Source: Utricularia gibba
Lineage: Eukaryota; Plantae; Magnoliophyta
Direction of reading: 5' to 3'
Assembly (NCBI GenBank): GCA_002189035.1
Contig: NEEC01000335.1
Coordinates: 1 to 23,520, forward strand
Length of the DNA: 23,520 nucleotides
Of the stretch, positions 23,460-23,520 are shown piece by piece. The notes under the pieces were generated by a model. The model worked only from the letters and a program-made list of their open reading frames with translations, did not search any database and was not told the origin of the DNA. The translations under genes and the position numbers were made by a program. The first letter of the stretch is position 1. The number at the start of each line of letters is the position of its first letter.

Positions 23460-23520
23460 AAAATATTTTTTTTGTCATTGTAGAAAGCTCATCACGCCAC
23501 GCACACCACCTGGAGAGGTT

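Larger units (their letters stand above)
1..23520. repeat. Head-to-tail tandem array (macrosatellite-like), ~2.33 kb unit, 10 full periods + 262 bp partial; both window edges lie inside the array
   Basis: TATACACTCGATTGGAATCT recurs at 1, 2316, 4643, 6975, 9306, 11634, 13964, 16293, 18625, 20948 and 23259. Period lengths are 2315, 2327, 2332, 2331, 2328, 2330, 2329, 2332, 2323 and 2311. All copies have the same orientation and near-identical sequence. Confidence 0.99.

Overview
The whole window is one uninterrupted head-to-tail tandem array of a ~2.33 kb non-coding unit. It holds 10 full periods plus 262 bp. Taking TATACACTCG as an arbitrary origin, periods start at 1, 2316, 4643, 6975, 9306, 11634, 13964, 16293, 18625, 20948 and 23259. 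No protein-coding gene, rRNA, tRNA or CRISPR array is supportable, and the listed ORFs are short by-products of the repeat. Each unit has four modules. (i) An AT-rich ~899 bp imperfect palindrome (foldback), whose arms are built from 62-bp subrepeats with an internal dyad (6 in the left arm, 5 in the right) around a perfect 13-bp GC-rich central stem. (ii) About 270 bp of non-repetitive sequence. (iii) A GC/CpG-rich ~850 bp block of six ~150-bp monomers arranged as ~300-bp dimers. (iv) A ~310 bp linker with several small hairpins and a CA-aac-TG junction resembling joined Ty3/gypsy LTR ends. Copies differ almost only by small indels in homopolymer runs, so this is either a very young or homogenised macrosatellite, or a concatemer or collapsed representation of one ~2.33 kb template. 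A eukaryotic, probably plant, transposon-derived origin is an inference from motifs only; I do not recognise the family.
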